Assembly: GCA_036262035.1 (NCBI GenBank)
Contig: DATAJS010000010.1
Span: forward strand, 724,915 to 788,914
Source: Burkholderiales bacterium
Lineage (GTDB): Bacteria; Pseudomonadota; Gammaproteobacteria; Burkholderiales; SG8-41
DNA: 64,000 bases
Reading direction: 5' to 3'
Part shown: positions 30,847 to 42,984 of the stretch, in pieces
Layout of the letters: the number at the start of each line of letters is the position of its first letter
How positions within the stretch are numbered: position 1 is the first letter of the stretch
The notes under the pieces: model-generated
What the model saw: the letters and a program-made list of their open reading frames with translations, nothing else
What the model was told of the DNA's origin: nothing
Databases searched by the model: none
Program-made: the position numbers and the translations under genes

Positions 30847-30987
30847 CTTCGTCGTTCCCGCGCAGGCGGGAATTTGACGAGAGGAATTCGTCGTGAACGC
30901 AACGTCAGCGGGCGAGGCTCGTGAGTCCTCCCTGGCGCGCCGGCCGGTTCGGCCGTGCGTGTACCGACCTGCGGAGCGGCGGATAGG

Positions 30988-31062
30988 GGTGAACTGGCTC
31001 AACGGTAGAGCGCGGCCCTGTCGAGGCCGAGGTTGTGGGTTCGATTCCCATGTTCACCGCCA
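30988..31062 (+). tRNA. tRNA-Asp (anticodon GTC)
   Basis: Acceptor GGTGAAC/GTTCACC perfectly paired. D-arm GCTC-AACGGTA-GAGC. Anticodon arm CGGCC-CTGTCGA-GGCCG. T-arm GTGGG-TTCGATT-CCCAT. Encoded CCA. Confidence 0.85.
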
Positions 31063-31137
31063 ACTTGGATAGCTCAGGTCGGTAGAGCAATCGCTTTGGG
31101 AGCGATGAGTCGCGGGTTCGAATCCCGCTCCAAACCA
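31063..31137 (+). tRNA. putative tRNA-Pro (anticodon TGG), acceptor stem with two terminal mismatches
   Basis: D-arm GCTC-AGGTCGGTA-GAGC. Anticodon arm ATCGC-TTTGGGA-GCGAT. T-arm GCGGG-TTCGAAT-CCCGC. The 1:72 and 2:71 pairs are mismatched as I read it, so it may be a pseudo-tRNA or a reading error. Confidence 0.5.
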
Positions 31138-31198
31138 CAGGGCCTTTAAAGCCTTGATACGCAGTAGTGGAACCGGTTTCGGCCGAGGCTGGGAAACC

Positions 31199-31231
31199 GC
31201 GTCAGACCCCAAAGATGCCGGGGTCTGACGC
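31199..31231. repeat. gggtctgac-family hairpin (gcgtcagacccc ... ggggtctgacgc)
   Basis: Seen directly, downstream of the tRNA pair. Confidence 0.6.
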
Positions 31232-31297
31232 CAACCCGGCCCCGGCACCGGCGGTCACGCCGAGCGCGCCGTGCGGCGCGTGCGGGCGATGCGGTCC

Positions 31298-31329
31298 AGC
31301 TTCGATACGCGGAGGGTTGCGTATCGAAG
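31298..31329. other. perfect 12-bp stem hairpin gcttcgatacgc-ggagggtt-gcgtatcgaagc in a 290-bp non-coding stretch
   Basis: Seen directly. Confidence 0.5.
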
Positions 31330-31433
31330 CGCAGCCGCAGCCCCCGCACGCGCGGCGGCGCCCGCGGGACCGCCGGGAGACCGGAACCTTTTTTGTCGGG
31401 GTCTGACCCCGGTTTGATCCAGGGAGAAGAAGA

Positions 31434-32567
31434 ATGGTCATTCGCAAATTCCACGTGAACAAAGACGAGCGTGCGCTCGTCTTCGACCGCGGCGATTTCG
31501 TCGACGTGCTGCGTCCGGGCGAGCACTACCGCTTCGACCCGCTGTTCCGCTGCACGATCGAGAAGTACAACGTCGCGAACGTGCGGTTCGAGCACCGCCT
31601 CGCAGATTACATCGTCAAGGCGGAGCGCGAGATCGCCGAGCGCGAGTTCCACGTGATCGAGCTCGGGGCCACGCAGGTCGGCCTGCGCTACGAGAACGGC
31701 GTGCTCGCCGAGGTGCTCGCGCCGAACACCCGGCGCCTGTACTGGAAGAGCTACGTCGATCTCGCGTTCGAGGTGATCGACATCGCGGTCGATTTCGCGG
31801 TCGATCCGCGCCTCGCGCCGCAGCTCGTGAGCGCGAAAGCGCAACGGGTGGCCGGCGCTGACGGCGTGCTCGCGGTGCAGGTGCCCGAGTACCACGTGGG
31901 CGTGCCGTACGTCGACGGCAAAGTCGCAGGGCTTCTCGAAGCGGGCATGCACTACTTCTGGAAGTTCATCCGCGATCTGAAGGTCGAGGTCGTGGATACG
32001 CGGCTGCAGTCGGTCGAAGTCGCGGGGCAGGAAATCCTCACCCGCGACAAGGTCAGCTTGCGCGTCAACCTCACCGCGGGCTACCGCGTGAGCGACGTGC
32101 TCGCGGCCTACGGCAAGCAGGCGAAGCCGCTGGAGTACCTGTACAAGGAGCTCCAGTACGGCCTGCGTGCCGCGGTCGGCACGCGCACGCTCGACGAGCT
32201 GCTCGAGAACAAGGGCGCGATCGACGAGACGGTGGCGGAGCACATCCGCCGCCGTACCGCCGGTCTCGGGCTGGAAGTCGATTCGGTCGGGGTGAAAGAC
32301 ATCATCCTGCCCGGCGAGATGAAGGCGATCCTCGCCAAAGTGGTGGAGGCCGAAAAGGCCGCGCAGGCGAACGTGATCCGCCGCCGGGAAGAAACGGCGT
32401 CGACGCGCTCGATGCTCAACACCGCGAAGGTGATGGAAGACAGCCCGATCGCGCTCCGGTTGAAGGAGCTCGAGACGCTGGAGAAAGTGACCGAGAAGAT
32501 CGGTCAGATCTCCGTCGTCGGCGGGCTCGACGCGGTGCTCAAGGATCTGGTGAAGATCCGCGGGTGA
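31434..32567 (+). CDS. SPFH/band-7 (stomatin/prohibitin-like) domain protein
   Basis: AGGGAGAAGAAGA RBS. Band-7 core (TRDKVSLRVNLTAGYRVSDVLAAY), C-terminal coiled region. No obvious N-terminal TM helix. Confidence 0.75.
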   Translation: MVIRKFHVNKDERALVFDRGDFVDVLRPGEHYRFDPLFRCTIEKYNVANVRFEHRLADYIVKAEREIAEREFHVIELGATQVGLRYENGVLAEVLAPNTRRLYWKSYVDLAFEVIDIAVDFAVDPRLAPQLVSAKAQRVAGADGVLAVQVPEYHVGVPYVDGKVAGLLEAGMHYFWKFIRDLKVEVVDTRLQSVEVAGQEILTRDKVSLRVNLTAGYRVSDVLAAYGKQAKPLEYLYKELQYGLRAAVGTRTLDELLENKGAIDETVAEHIRRRTAGLGLEVDSVGVKDIILPGEMKAILAKVVEAEKAAQANVIRRREETASTRSMLNTAKVMEDSPIALRLKELETLEKVTEKIGQISVVGGLDAVLKDLVKIRG

Positions 32568-32626
32568 CGCGGAGAGCGGAACGGTCGCAGGTGAAAGCCT
32601 GCGGCCGTTTTTTCTTGAAAATGGAT

Positions 32627-32703
32627 CCCCGCCTGCGCGGGGATGACGGAGCACTCGTCATTCCCGACCGCGCGACAGCGCGAAACGATCGGGAGTCCAT
32701 CTC
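32627..32703. repeat. family-1 element (partial/variant copy)
   Basis: gaaaatggatccccgcctgcgcggggatgacggagcactcgtcattcccgaccgcgcgacagcgcgaaacgatcgggagtccat. Confidence 0.7.
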
Positions 32704-32708
32704 GACCT

Positions 32709-33590
32709 TCACGCCCCCCGCAGCAACCTCACCAGCAACGCATTCTTCGCCTTCTCGGCCAGATCGAGCGGCGTCGCGCCGTCGGCGTGGCGCGCGGTCG
32801 TGTCCCCGCCGGAGCGCAGCAGCAGCCGCACCACTTCGGTGTGACCGTTCGCGACCGCCTTGTGCAGCGGCGTCCAGCCTTCGTTCGTGGGCAGGTTCAC
32901 CGCCGCCCCGCGCTGGATCAGCGCCCGGGCCGCTTCGACGTGGCCCGACGCGGCAGCCTGCAGCAGGGCGGTGAGTCCCGACTTGCTCTGCACGTCGACG
33001 TCGACGCGCGAGACCAGGAGCGCGATCACCTGCGCGTAGCCCTTGAGCGCCGCCCAGTGCAGCGGCGTGTAGCCGCCGCGATCGGCGGCGGCAACATTGG
33101 CGCCGCTTTCGATCAGCAGCTTCGCGGCGGCTTCGTTCCCGTTGAACGCGGCGACCATGAGCGGCGTCCACTCGCGCGCGTCGCGCGTATCGACGGGCAT
33201 CCCCGCTTTCAGGAAGAGCTCGAGCTGCTCGGCATCGCTGCCCTCGGCGGCGCGCATCATGTCCGACGCGACCGGCCGCATCCCGATCAGTGCGAGCGCG
33301 GCGGTCGCGTCCTCGCGCTCGTGTCCCCAGACGTCGCGCTTGTAATCCTCGCGCGCCCACAGCCGGTCGTAGCCGACCGAGAGCCGGTAAATTTCGCGCG
33401 CGACGTCCGGCGGGAACCCCTGGCGGCCGCCGCGGCGGTCGACGAGCAGCTCGTCGAACACTGCGCTCGCGCGCTCGGGCGAAGCCCACGCCTCGACGAT
33501 CTTGTCGATCAGCCGCGGGAACTTCGCTTCGAGCGCGTGCGGATAGAGGTCGGATTCGTGCTGGAGATAACGGGCGAGCCGTTCGTTCAC
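32709..33590 (-). CDS. ankyrin-repeat protein
   Basis: Five or more ANK units (GYTPLHWAALKGYAQVIALLV, GWTPLHKAVANGHTEVVRLLL, GATPLDLA). Confidence 0.8.
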   Translation of the reverse strand: MNERLARYLQHESDLYPHALEAKFPRLIDKIVEAWASPERASAVFDELLVDRRGGRQGFPPDVAREIYRLSVGYDRLWAREDYKRDVWGHEREDATAALALIGMRPVASDMMRAAEGSDAEQLELFLKAGMPVDTRDAREWTPLMVAAFNGNEAAAKLLIESGANVAAADRGGYTPLHWAALKGYAQVIALLVSRVDVDVQSKSGLTALLQAAASGHVEAARALIQRGAAVNLPTNEGWTPLHKAVANGHTEVVRLLLRSGGDTTARHADGATPLDLAEKAKNALLVRLLRGA

Positions 33591-33676
33591 GGAGGTGCCT
33601 TACGGGTGCTGCTTGACCCATGCAACGGGCGGACCCTATCGTAAGGGCATACCGACAACGACGGGAGGGGGAAGGG

Positions 33677-34651
33677 ATGACGACTGTGACGCGCGCCACA
33701 CTCGCGCTCGTCTGCGCGCTCGCGCCCGCGTGTCCGGCGGCGGCGCAGACGTACCCTTCGAAGCCCGTACGTCTCGTCGTCGGCTTCGCCGCGGGCGGGC
33801 CGACCGACGTCATCGCGCGCCTCATCGCGACGCAGATGACGCAGGCGATGGGTCAGAGCGTGGTCGTCGAGAACCGCACCGGCGCCAACGCGATCATCGC
33901 GACCGACCTCGTCGCGCGCGCCGCGCCCGACGGCTACACCGCGATTTTCTCGTCGCTCTCGCTGCTGGTGAACGCGCTGCTCGCGCCCGACAAGATCAAG
34001 TACGACCCGTTCAGGGACTTCGCGGCGGTGAGCAACGCCGCGACGCTCCCGATGGTCGTGGTCACGCGGCCGTCGACGCCGGTCAATTCGATCGGCGAGC
34101 TGATCGCACTGGCCAAGCGCCATCCGGGCGAAGTCACGTACGGCTCCGCGGGCCACGGCGGCTCGGCGCATCTGGCGGGCGCCATGCTCGAAGCGATGGG
34201 CAAGGTGAAGATGACCCACGTCTCGTTTCGCGGCAACGCGCCCGCGCTCGTCGACGTGATGTCGGGACAGGTCACGTTCATGGTGTATCCGATCATCGGC
34301 ATCGCCGAGTTCGTCAACGCGAAGAAGCTCAAGGTGCTCGCGGTCGGCACCACCAGGCGCCATCCCGATTTCCCGAACGTGCCCACCGCCGCCGAGGCCG
34401 GTTACGCCGGCTTCGAGCGCTGCGCGCCGTGGGTCGGCACGCTCGTCCCGGCACATACGCCGCGGGCGATCGTGAACCGTCTTTCCGAAGAGCAGCGCAA
34501 GGCGCTCGCCAAGCCCGAGGTCGTGTCGCGGCTGAACGGGCTCGGCGCGAACATCGTCGGCGACACGCCCGAGCAGTTCGCCGATTTTCTCAAGCAGGAT
34601 TACGAGCGCTGGGCTCGAGTCATCCAGACAGCCGGAGTCAAACCCGAGTGA
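33677..34651 (+). CDS. TctC/Bug-family periplasmic solute-binding protein
   Basis: GGGAGGGGGAAGGG RBS. MTTVTRATLALVCALAPACPAAAQTYPSKPVRLVVGFAAGGPTD...APDGYTAIF. Confidence 0.85.
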   Translation: MTTVTRATLALVCALAPACPAAAQTYPSKPVRLVVGFAAGGPTDVIARLIATQMTQAMGQSVVVENRTGANAIIATDLVARAAPDGYTAIFSSLSLLVNALLAPDKIKYDPFRDFAAVSNAATLPMVVVTRPSTPVNSIGELIALAKRHPGEVTYGSAGHGGSAHLAGAMLEAMGKVKMTHVSFRGNAPALVDVMSGQVTFMVYPIIGIAEFVNAKKLKVLAVGTTRRHPDFPNVPTAAEAGYAGFERCAPWVGTLVPAHTPRAIVNRLSEEQRKALAKPEVVSRLNGLGANIVGDTPEQFADFLKQDYERWARVIQTAGVKPE

Positions 34652-35481
34652 TCACACCCGCACCGCACGAAGACCGCCATATAGAAGTCAACGGCATCAA
34701 CCTCCACTATCTCGATTACGGCACTGCAGGCAAACCGCCGATGCTCTGCCTGCACGGCGGTGCGGTGACCGCGCACTGGTTCGATTTCGTCGCGGGCGGT
34801 TTTACCGCCGAGTACCACGTGCGCGCGCTCGACCAGCGCGGGCACGGCGACAGCGGACGCGCGAATCCGCCGTCGTATCGCTACGACGAGTACGCCTCGG
34901 ACGCCGAAGAGGTGATGAAGAAGCTCGGCATGGAGGACGTCGTGCTCGTCGGCCATTCGATGGGCGGGCTGGTGTCGCTGACGCACGAAGCGCTGTACCC
35001 GGGACGCGTGCAAGCGCTGGTCGTCGTCGATTCGACGCTGCGCTCGACGCCCGACCGCGTATCGAACCTGCACCAGATCGGCAACCGCGAAGGCAGCAGC
35101 TACGCGACCAACGAAGAGTTCATCGAGCGCTTCAAGGTGCGCCCCGAAGGCACGCAGGCCGCGCCCGAGATCATCCGCTACCTCGCCGAGCGCGGCGGCC
35201 GGCAGGACGAGAACGGCCGCTGGCGGCACAAGTTCGACCGCAACGTGTACTCCAAGCGCGAGCTCATCGAGATCCCGCCGCTGTGGGACCGCGTGAAGAT
35301 CCCCGTCCTGCTCGTCAAAGGCGGCTTGAGCGACCGCGTCACGCCCGAGATCATCGCCGACATCAAGTCCCGCGCGCCGCAGGTCGAGCTCGCCGAAGTG
35401 CCGGGGAGCGAGCATCACGTGACGCTCGATAATCCCCCCGATTTCGTGGCGGCAGTGAAACGATTTCTCGCGAAGCTATAG
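34650..35481 (+). CDS. alpha/beta-fold hydrolase
   Basis: GTG start overlapping the Bug stop (GTGA). HGGAVTAHWF..., GHSMGG nucleophile elbow, C-terminal His. Confidence 0.8.
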
Positions 35482-35484
35482 AAG

Positions 35485-35768
35485 AGAAAAAACTTACCGC
35501 AGAGGACGCAGAGGACGCAGAGGAAGGTCAAGGGCCAGAGCAATTGACCGCAAAGGACGCAAAGGACGCGAAGGAAAGCAAAACCAGACCGCATTAACCA
35601 TGAACGACAACCGCGACTCTGCATCGTCATTCCCGCGAAGGCGGGAATCCATTTTCAAGTCGTTAACGTCACAATGGATTCCGGATCATTTCGCGCTGCC
35701 GCGCCGTCCGGAATGACGATTGTTTTTCCTTTGCGTCCTTTGCGTCCTTTGCGTCCTTGGCGGTTAAA
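35485..35768. mobile_element. composite nested palindromic element: inverted arrays of 9-bp tandem units (gaggacgca/aaggacgca) flanking a family-1 core (35625..35718)
   Basis: Left arm accgcagaggacgcagaggacgcagaggaagg...accgcaaaggacgcaaaggacgcgaagg. Right arm ccttTgcgtcctttgcgtcctttgcgtccttggcgg is its reverse complement. Same architecture at 56352..56575. Confidence 0.7.
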
Positions 35769-35776
35769 AAGCTTTT

Positions 35777-36574
35777 CTAGCTACCAAGCGCTGCCTGCAC
35801 CGCCCGCTTCGCCATCACCGTGACGAGGTGTGCGCGATAGTCGGCTGCCGCGTGGATGTCGCTGTTCAGGCCGTCGGGTTTCACTGTGATGTCCGCAACC
35901 GCGTCCGGCGCGAAGCGTGCGGTGAGGGCTTTTTCCATCTCCGGCACGCGGAAGACGCACGGGCCTGCGCCGGTCACCGCGACGCGGACGCCGGTCGCGG
36001 TTTCCGCGACGAACACGCCCACCAGCGCGAAGCGTGATGCGGGTTGCCGGAACTTGGCGTAGCCCGCGCGCGCAGGCTTCGGAAAGCGCACCGCCGTGAT
36101 GATCTCGCCGGGCTTGAGCGCGGTTTCGAAGATCCCCCGGAAGAACTCGTCGGCCTCGTGCTCGCCTTGCGTGGTGACGATCGTCGCCCTCAGCGCGAGC
36201 ACGCCGGCCGGGTAATCCGCGGCGGGATCGTTGTTCGCGATCGAGCCGCCGAGCGTGCCGAGGTTGCGCACCTGGCGGTCGCCGATCGCCGCGGCGAGCT
36301 GCGCGAGGGCGGGTATCGACTGCTTCACGGAGCTCGACTCCGCGACGTCGGCGTGACGCGCCATCGCGCCGACGGTGACGACCTCGCCGTCGCTCGCGAT
36401 CGCCGCGAGGTCTTTCAATGCGCCGAGATCGACGAGATCGGTGCTCGACGACAGCCCGACCTTCATCGCCTGCACCAGCGACTGTCCGCCGGCCAGCAGC
36501 TTCGCGTCGGCGCCGGCTGCGAGCGACGCTGCATCGGCGAGCGTCGCCGGCCGGTGATAGTTGAACGCTTGCAT
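35777..36574 (-). CDS. molybdenum hydroxylase FAD-binding medium subunit (CoxM/CutM-like)
   Basis: 265 aa, FAD-binding domain of the xanthine dehydrogenase family ([21 protein letters not shown]). Confidence 0.85.
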   Translation of the reverse strand: MQAFNYHRPATLADAASLAAGADAKLLAGGQSLVQAMKVGLSSSTDLVDLGALKDLAAIASDGEVVTVGAMARHADVAESSSVKQSIPALAQLAAAIGDRQVRNLGTLGGSIANNDPAADYPAGVLALRATIVTTQGEHEADEFFRGIFETALKPGEIITAVRFPKPARAGYAKFRQPASRFALVGVFVAETATGVRVAVTGAGPCVFRVPEMEKALTARFAPDAVADITVKPDGLNSDIHAAADYRAHLVTVMAKRAVQAALGS

Positions 36575-36584
36575 GGGGCCTCCT

Positions 36585-38930
<2,346 letters not shown>

Positions 38931-38940
38931 GATGTAGCGC

Positions 38941-39420
38941 TCACTTGGCGGCGGCCATCGCCTTCGACCCGGCGACGATCGCCTTCACGATGTTGTGATA
39001 ACCGGTGCAGCGGCAGAAGTTGCCGTCGAGCGATTCGCGCACGTCGCGTTCGGAAGCACCCGGATTGCGCGCCGCGAAGTCGATCGCGTTCATGACCACG
39101 CCCGGCGTGCAGAAGCCGCATTGCAATCCGTGGTGCTCGCGGAAAGCCGCCTGCATCGGATGCAGCTCGCCATCGGCGCGCGCGATGCCCTCGATCGTCA
39201 CCACGTCCGCGCCGTCGGCCTGCGCGGCGAGGAGGGAGCACGATTTGATCGCGCGGCCGTTGAGATGCACCGTGCACGCGCCGCATTGCGCGGTGTCGCA
39301 GCCGACGTGAGTGCCGGTGAGGCGCAGCCGCTCGCGGATGAGCGTCACGAGCAGCGTCCGCGGCTCGACGTCGGCGGTGACCTGCTGTCCGTTGACCCGC
39401 AGGGAGATGCTGATCGTCAT
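38941..39420 (-). CDS. molybdenum hydroxylase (2Fe-2S) small subunit (CoxS-like)
   Basis: [15 protein letters not shown] and CGFCTPG cluster motifs. Gene order S-L-M as in form-II loci. Confidence 0.9.
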   Translation of the reverse strand: MTISISLRVNGQQVTADVEPRTLLVTLIRERLRLTGTHVGCDTAQCGACTVHLNGRAIKSCSLLAAQADGADVVTIEGIARADGELHPMQAAFREHHGLQCGFCTPGVVMNAIDFAARNPGASERDVRESLDGNFCRCTGYHNIVKAIVAGSKAMAAAK

Positions 39421-39505
39421 CGTCGTCCTCCTCCAGGATCGCGATCGATCATGCTATTCCCGGCGCCGCGCAGCGGCAACCCGCGCGCCGTGCTACGCTT
39501 TCGGG

Positions 39506-40276
39506 ATGCGCACCTCCTACATCGTCGACAGCGCGAACGCGCCGTGGAAGCGAAGCTCGACCGAGGGCATCACGTTCGAATGCCAGGTGCTGCTCGACGG
39601 GGAGGACGGCGGGCCGGAAGCGATGCGCTTCCGCTTCGACGATACGCCGTCGGTATATGCGCACATGCACCTCACCGCGCAGTTCCAGCTCCTGCTCGAG
39701 GGCGCGATGGATTTCCCGCGCGGGGTGAAGCACATCGAGGGGCCGGCGATCCACTATACCGACCACAACATGCCGTACGGTCCGTTCGCGGTCTCGCGCG
39801 GGCACGACATGCTCGTGCTGCATCCGAAAGCGGGCGGGATCATCTCGATGGTGAACCTCGACGCGCGCAAGCAGATCAACCTCGGTGGGCGTCTGTTCGC
39901 CTGCTCGGCGAGCGACACCGAATGGCGGCCGCTGCCCAACGCCGAGCACTCGCAGTTCAAGTTCCTCACGCCGCCCGATTTCGGTCCGGCGGCGGTCGTG
40001 GTGCGCGCGCCGGCGCTCGCCGCGCTCGGCATGCCCGCGCCGCAGTTCGGGCGCTACGAGGTCGTGCTCGAAGGATCGGTCATGGTCGAAGGGCAGGAGA
40101 TCGGTCCGCCGGGATTCCGCTACGCGCGCGCCGACGAGCCCGTCGAGCCGCTGGTGACGGGCCAGGACGGCGCGACCGTCGCGTTCCTCACCTTCGATCG
40201 CGATGCGCTCGAAGGCGGGATCGGGGAGGAAGGGCTCGCGAAAGAAGCCGCCGAAGCGATGGCGCGCGCGATCTAG
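39506..40276 (+). CDS. hypothetical protein, possibly cupin-like
   Basis: Internal ATG chosen to avoid overlap with the coxS start. No strong motifs recognised. Confidence 0.45.
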   Translation: MRTSYIVDSANAPWKRSSTEGITFECQVLLDGEDGGPEAMRFRFDDTPSVYAHMHLTAQFQLLLEGAMDFPRGVKHIEGPAIHYTDHNMPYGPFAVSRGHDMLVLHPKAGGIISMVNLDARKQINLGGRLFACSASDTEWRPLPNAEHSQFKFLTPPDFGPAAVVVRAPALAALGMPAPQFGRYEVVLEGSVMVEGQEIGPPGFRYARADEPVEPLVTGQDGATVAFLTFDRDALEGGIGEEGLAKEAAEAMARAI

Positions 40277-40281
40277 GGACT

Positions 40282-40456
40282 GTCATCGCGAGGGGGCCGC
40301 AGGCCGACGAAGCGATCCCGTGGCGCACGGAGCGGACGCTCCGGGATTGCTTCGTCGCCCCGCTCCTCGCAATGACAGCCGTCGCCATCGCGAGTAGGTC
40401 GACACGGCCGTCATCGCGAGGAGGCCGCAGGCCGACGAAGCGATCTCGTGGCGCAC
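40282..40456. repeat. family-3 palindromic repeats (one full ~100-bp copy plus partial copies)
   Basis: gtcatcgcgagggggccgcaggccgacgaagcgatcccgtggcgcacggagcggacgctccgggattgcttcgtcgccccgctcctcgcaatgacagcc, then further half copies. Confidence 0.8.
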
Positions 40457-40458
40457 GA

Positions 40459-40749
40459 TCACAGCTCGTCGTAGAGATCGCGCCAGTCCGGATTCATGCG
40501 CTCGATCAGTTCGAGCTTCTTCCTGCGCGAGCCGGCCTTGATCTGCTTCTCGCGCGCGATGGCGCCGAGCGGCTCAACGCAGGTTTCGTAATAGACCAGA
40601 CGACTGATGTTGTACTGCTTCGTGAATCCCTCCACGAGCTTTTCCTTGTGTTGCCAGACGCGCTGCTTCAGTTTCGAAGTCACGCCGGTGTACAGCACCG
40701 TGCGGCGGCTGTTGCTCAGGATGTAAACGCAATACACACGATCGTCCAC
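40459..40749 (-). CDS. GIY-YIG nuclease family small protein (96 aa)
   Basis: VYCVYILSNSRRTVLYTGVTSKLKQRVWQHK...YYE with GIY...YIG spacing and conserved R and E. Lower GC than surroundings. Flanked on both sides by family-3 repeats. Confidence 0.8.
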   Translation of the reverse strand: MDDRVYCVYILSNSRRTVLYTGVTSKLKQRVWQHKEKLVEGFTKQYNISRLVYYETCVEPLGAIAREKQIKAGSRRKKLELIERMNPDWRDLYDEL

Positions 40750-40810
40750 CGCGGAACCTCCGGCGGAAGCGCTCGAAGGAATTAACGCGGTCCGGCCGAT
40801 CGGTGTTTAC

Positions 40811-40996
40811 GTGCGCCACGAGATTGCTTCGTCGCTGCGCTCCTCGCAATGACAGCCGTAGGCATCGCGAGGACGCTCGCAATGACGACGGTGGTCATCG
40901 CGAGGCGGCTCCGACCGGAACGCCGTGGCGATCCCGTGGCGCACGCAGCGGACGCTCCGGGATTGCTCGTGTCGCTACGCTCCTCGCAATGACGAC
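40811..40996. repeat. family-3 palindromic repeats (several partial copies)
   Basis: Repeated ctcctcgcaatgac and gtcatcgcgagg half-sites with the gcgatcccgtggcgcacg core. Confidence 0.75.
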
Positions 40997-40998
40997 GA

Positions 40999-42029
40999 TC
41001 AGCGGCGCGGAGACGCAGAGCGCGTGGGTGAGTCAGTCGCCAGCCCCACCGCCTGGATGATCGGGCTCCACTTCGCGAGCTCGGCGCGGATCATCCCCGC
41101 CGCTCTGTCCGGGCTCGAATCGGCGATCGGATCGACCCCGAGCTTCACCAGTGCATCGAAGAAGGCGCGGTCCGCCATCACTTTGCCCACCGCGCCCGCG
41201 AGCTGATCGACGACCGGGCGCGGCGTGGCGGCGGGCGCGAGCAGGATGTTGTAGGTGTACGCGGTGACGGCGGGCAATCCGGCTTCTGCGGTCGTCGGTA
41301 TCTCGGGCGCGCCGACCGAGCGCTGCTCTTTCATCACCGCGAGCGTCCTCACGCGTCCCTGCCGATGGTGCGGGAGCGCCGCGCTCAGCGTCGAGCAGAC
41401 GATCTCGATCTGTCCCCGATGAGGTCGTGCATGCTCGGGCCGGCGCCTTTGTACGGCACGTGCAGGATCTTGAGACGGCCGGCGTGCGTCTTGAAGAGCT
41501 CGCCCGCCAGATGGTTGATCGAGCCCACGCCCGAAGACCCGTACGAGTAATAGCCCGGTTTCGCTTTCGCCGCGACGATCAGCTGCTGCAGCGTGCGCGC
41601 GGGGACGATCGGATGCACCGACAGCGAGATCGGTCCGGTGCCGAGCACCGCGATCGGCGCGAAGTCCTTCACCGCGTCGTAGGGCACGTTCGGCATCGCC
41701 GAAGGATTGATCGCGTGCGTGGACGACGTCGCGATGAGGAGGGTGTAGCCGTCGGGTTTCGCTCGCGCGACTTCGGCGCTGCCGATCGTGCCGGCCGCGC
41801 CGCCGCGGTTGTCGACCACGAGCTGCTGGCCGAGCACCGGCGCGATCCGGGCGGCGAGGTGACGCGAGACGTTGTCGGTCTGGCCGCCCGGCGGGAACGG
41901 CACGATGAGCCTGACCGCTCTGTCAGGCCAGGTCTCCTGGGTCTGTGCGAACGCGCCTGCGGGCAGGACGCCGGCGGCGAGGGCGAGGATGGAAGCGATA
42001 CGACCGGTGCTGCGTTTCACTTGATGCAT
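40999..42029 (-). pseudogene. TctC/Bug-family binding protein gene disrupted by a frameshift in a G-run
   Basis: N-terminal part in ORF 41385..42029 (…KPDGYTLL…HVPYKGAGPSMHDLIG), C-terminal part in another frame (40999..41352). Frame changes at atcggggacagatc, consistent with a 1-nt indel. Confidence 0.6.
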
Positions 42030-42238
42030 GAGGCCTCCTCGGGGAAGACAAGTGAAATTCGCGGTCGCCTCTTCGGGGGCTTTCGTAATTTTCCCGTTGC
42101 AGGGAAACGAGCGCTCGGCGGATGATTGCGCTCTTGGAATGAGCGGGGGCTGCGGCCTCCTTTCGGATCACACTGTGGACACGATCATGATCCACATTGC
42201 GAACTTGAACAAGCGCCAAATCGCACCGGGAGATCGGA

Positions 42239-42877
42239 ATGGAAAGCCAGCAAACCGCACAAGAGCCTTTACGGGTGGTCGTCTTCGCCGACTTCGTGTG
42301 CCCCTACAGCTTCCTCGCGGTCGAACAGATCGATCGCATCGCTCGGGAATACGGCGTGACGCCGCTGTGGCGGCCGCACTGGCTGCATCCCGACACGCCG
42401 CCGGAGGGCCAGCCCGGACAGCGCAGCCCCGAGCGGGCCGAGCGCCTGCGCGCGTGGATCAAGGACATGGCGCCCGATCACCTCGACCGCATCCGAATTC
42501 CCGAGAAGCGCCAGTACAGCTTCCGCGCCTTCGAAGCGCTCGAGTTCGCGTACGACCACGGCCTCGATTTTCCGTACAAGACCGCGCTCTACGACCTCAT
42601 GTGGACCGAAGAGCGCGACATCGGCGAGATCGATACGCTGGTCGACGCCGGCGCACGCGTGGGTCTCGACCGCGCCGAGATGAAGACGGCTCTGGAGGAG
42701 CACCACTACGCCGAGCGCGCGCTCGAAGCGGTGCAGCAGGCGCGGCGCATCGGCATCGAGAACACCCCGACGATCTTCCTCGGCAAGACCCGCATCAACG
42801 GCTGGACGTATTACGAGGTGATGCAGAAGGTGATCGAGGGATACGGCGTGAAGCCGCTGGAGGCGCAGGCGGCGTAG
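42239..42877 (+). CDS. DsbA-family thiol oxidoreductase (FrnE/HCCA-isomerase-like)
   Basis: VVFADFVCPYSF thioredoxin-fold CxxS/C-type motif, 212 aa. Confidence 0.75.
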   Translation: MESQQTAQEPLRVVVFADFVCPYSFLAVEQIDRIAREYGVTPLWRPHWLHPDTPPEGQPGQRSPERAERLRAWIKDMAPDHLDRIRIPEKRQYSFRAFEALEFAYDHGLDFPYKTALYDLMWTEERDIGEIDTLVDAGARVGLDRAEMKTALEEHHYAERALEAVQQARRIGIENTPTIFLGKTRINGWTYYEVMQKVIEGYGVKPLEAQAA

Positions 42878-42976
42878 TCATCGCGAGGCGGCTCCGAAGG
42901 AACGCCGACGCGATCCCGTGGCGCACGGCAACCGGACGCTCCGGGATTGCGTCGTCGCTGCGCTCCTCGCAATGAC
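42877..42976. repeat. family-3 palindromic repeat
   Basis: gtcatcgcgaggcggctccgaaggaacgccgacgcgatcccgtggcgcacgg...ctcctcgcaatgac. Confidence 0.75.
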
Positions 42977-42984
42977 ATGGTCTG

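Noticed and set aside
30640-31434. Integrase or genomic-island junction next to the tRNA-Asp/tRNA-Pro pair
   Set aside because: No integrase, excisionase or direct repeat of a tRNA 3-prime end was found on either side. Flanks carry ordinary metabolic genes and the usual repeat families
42028-42975. 315-aa plus-strand ORF across the dsbA-like gene
   Set aside because: Low-complexity Arg/Gly-rich frame. The DsbA frame (CPYS motif) is convincing
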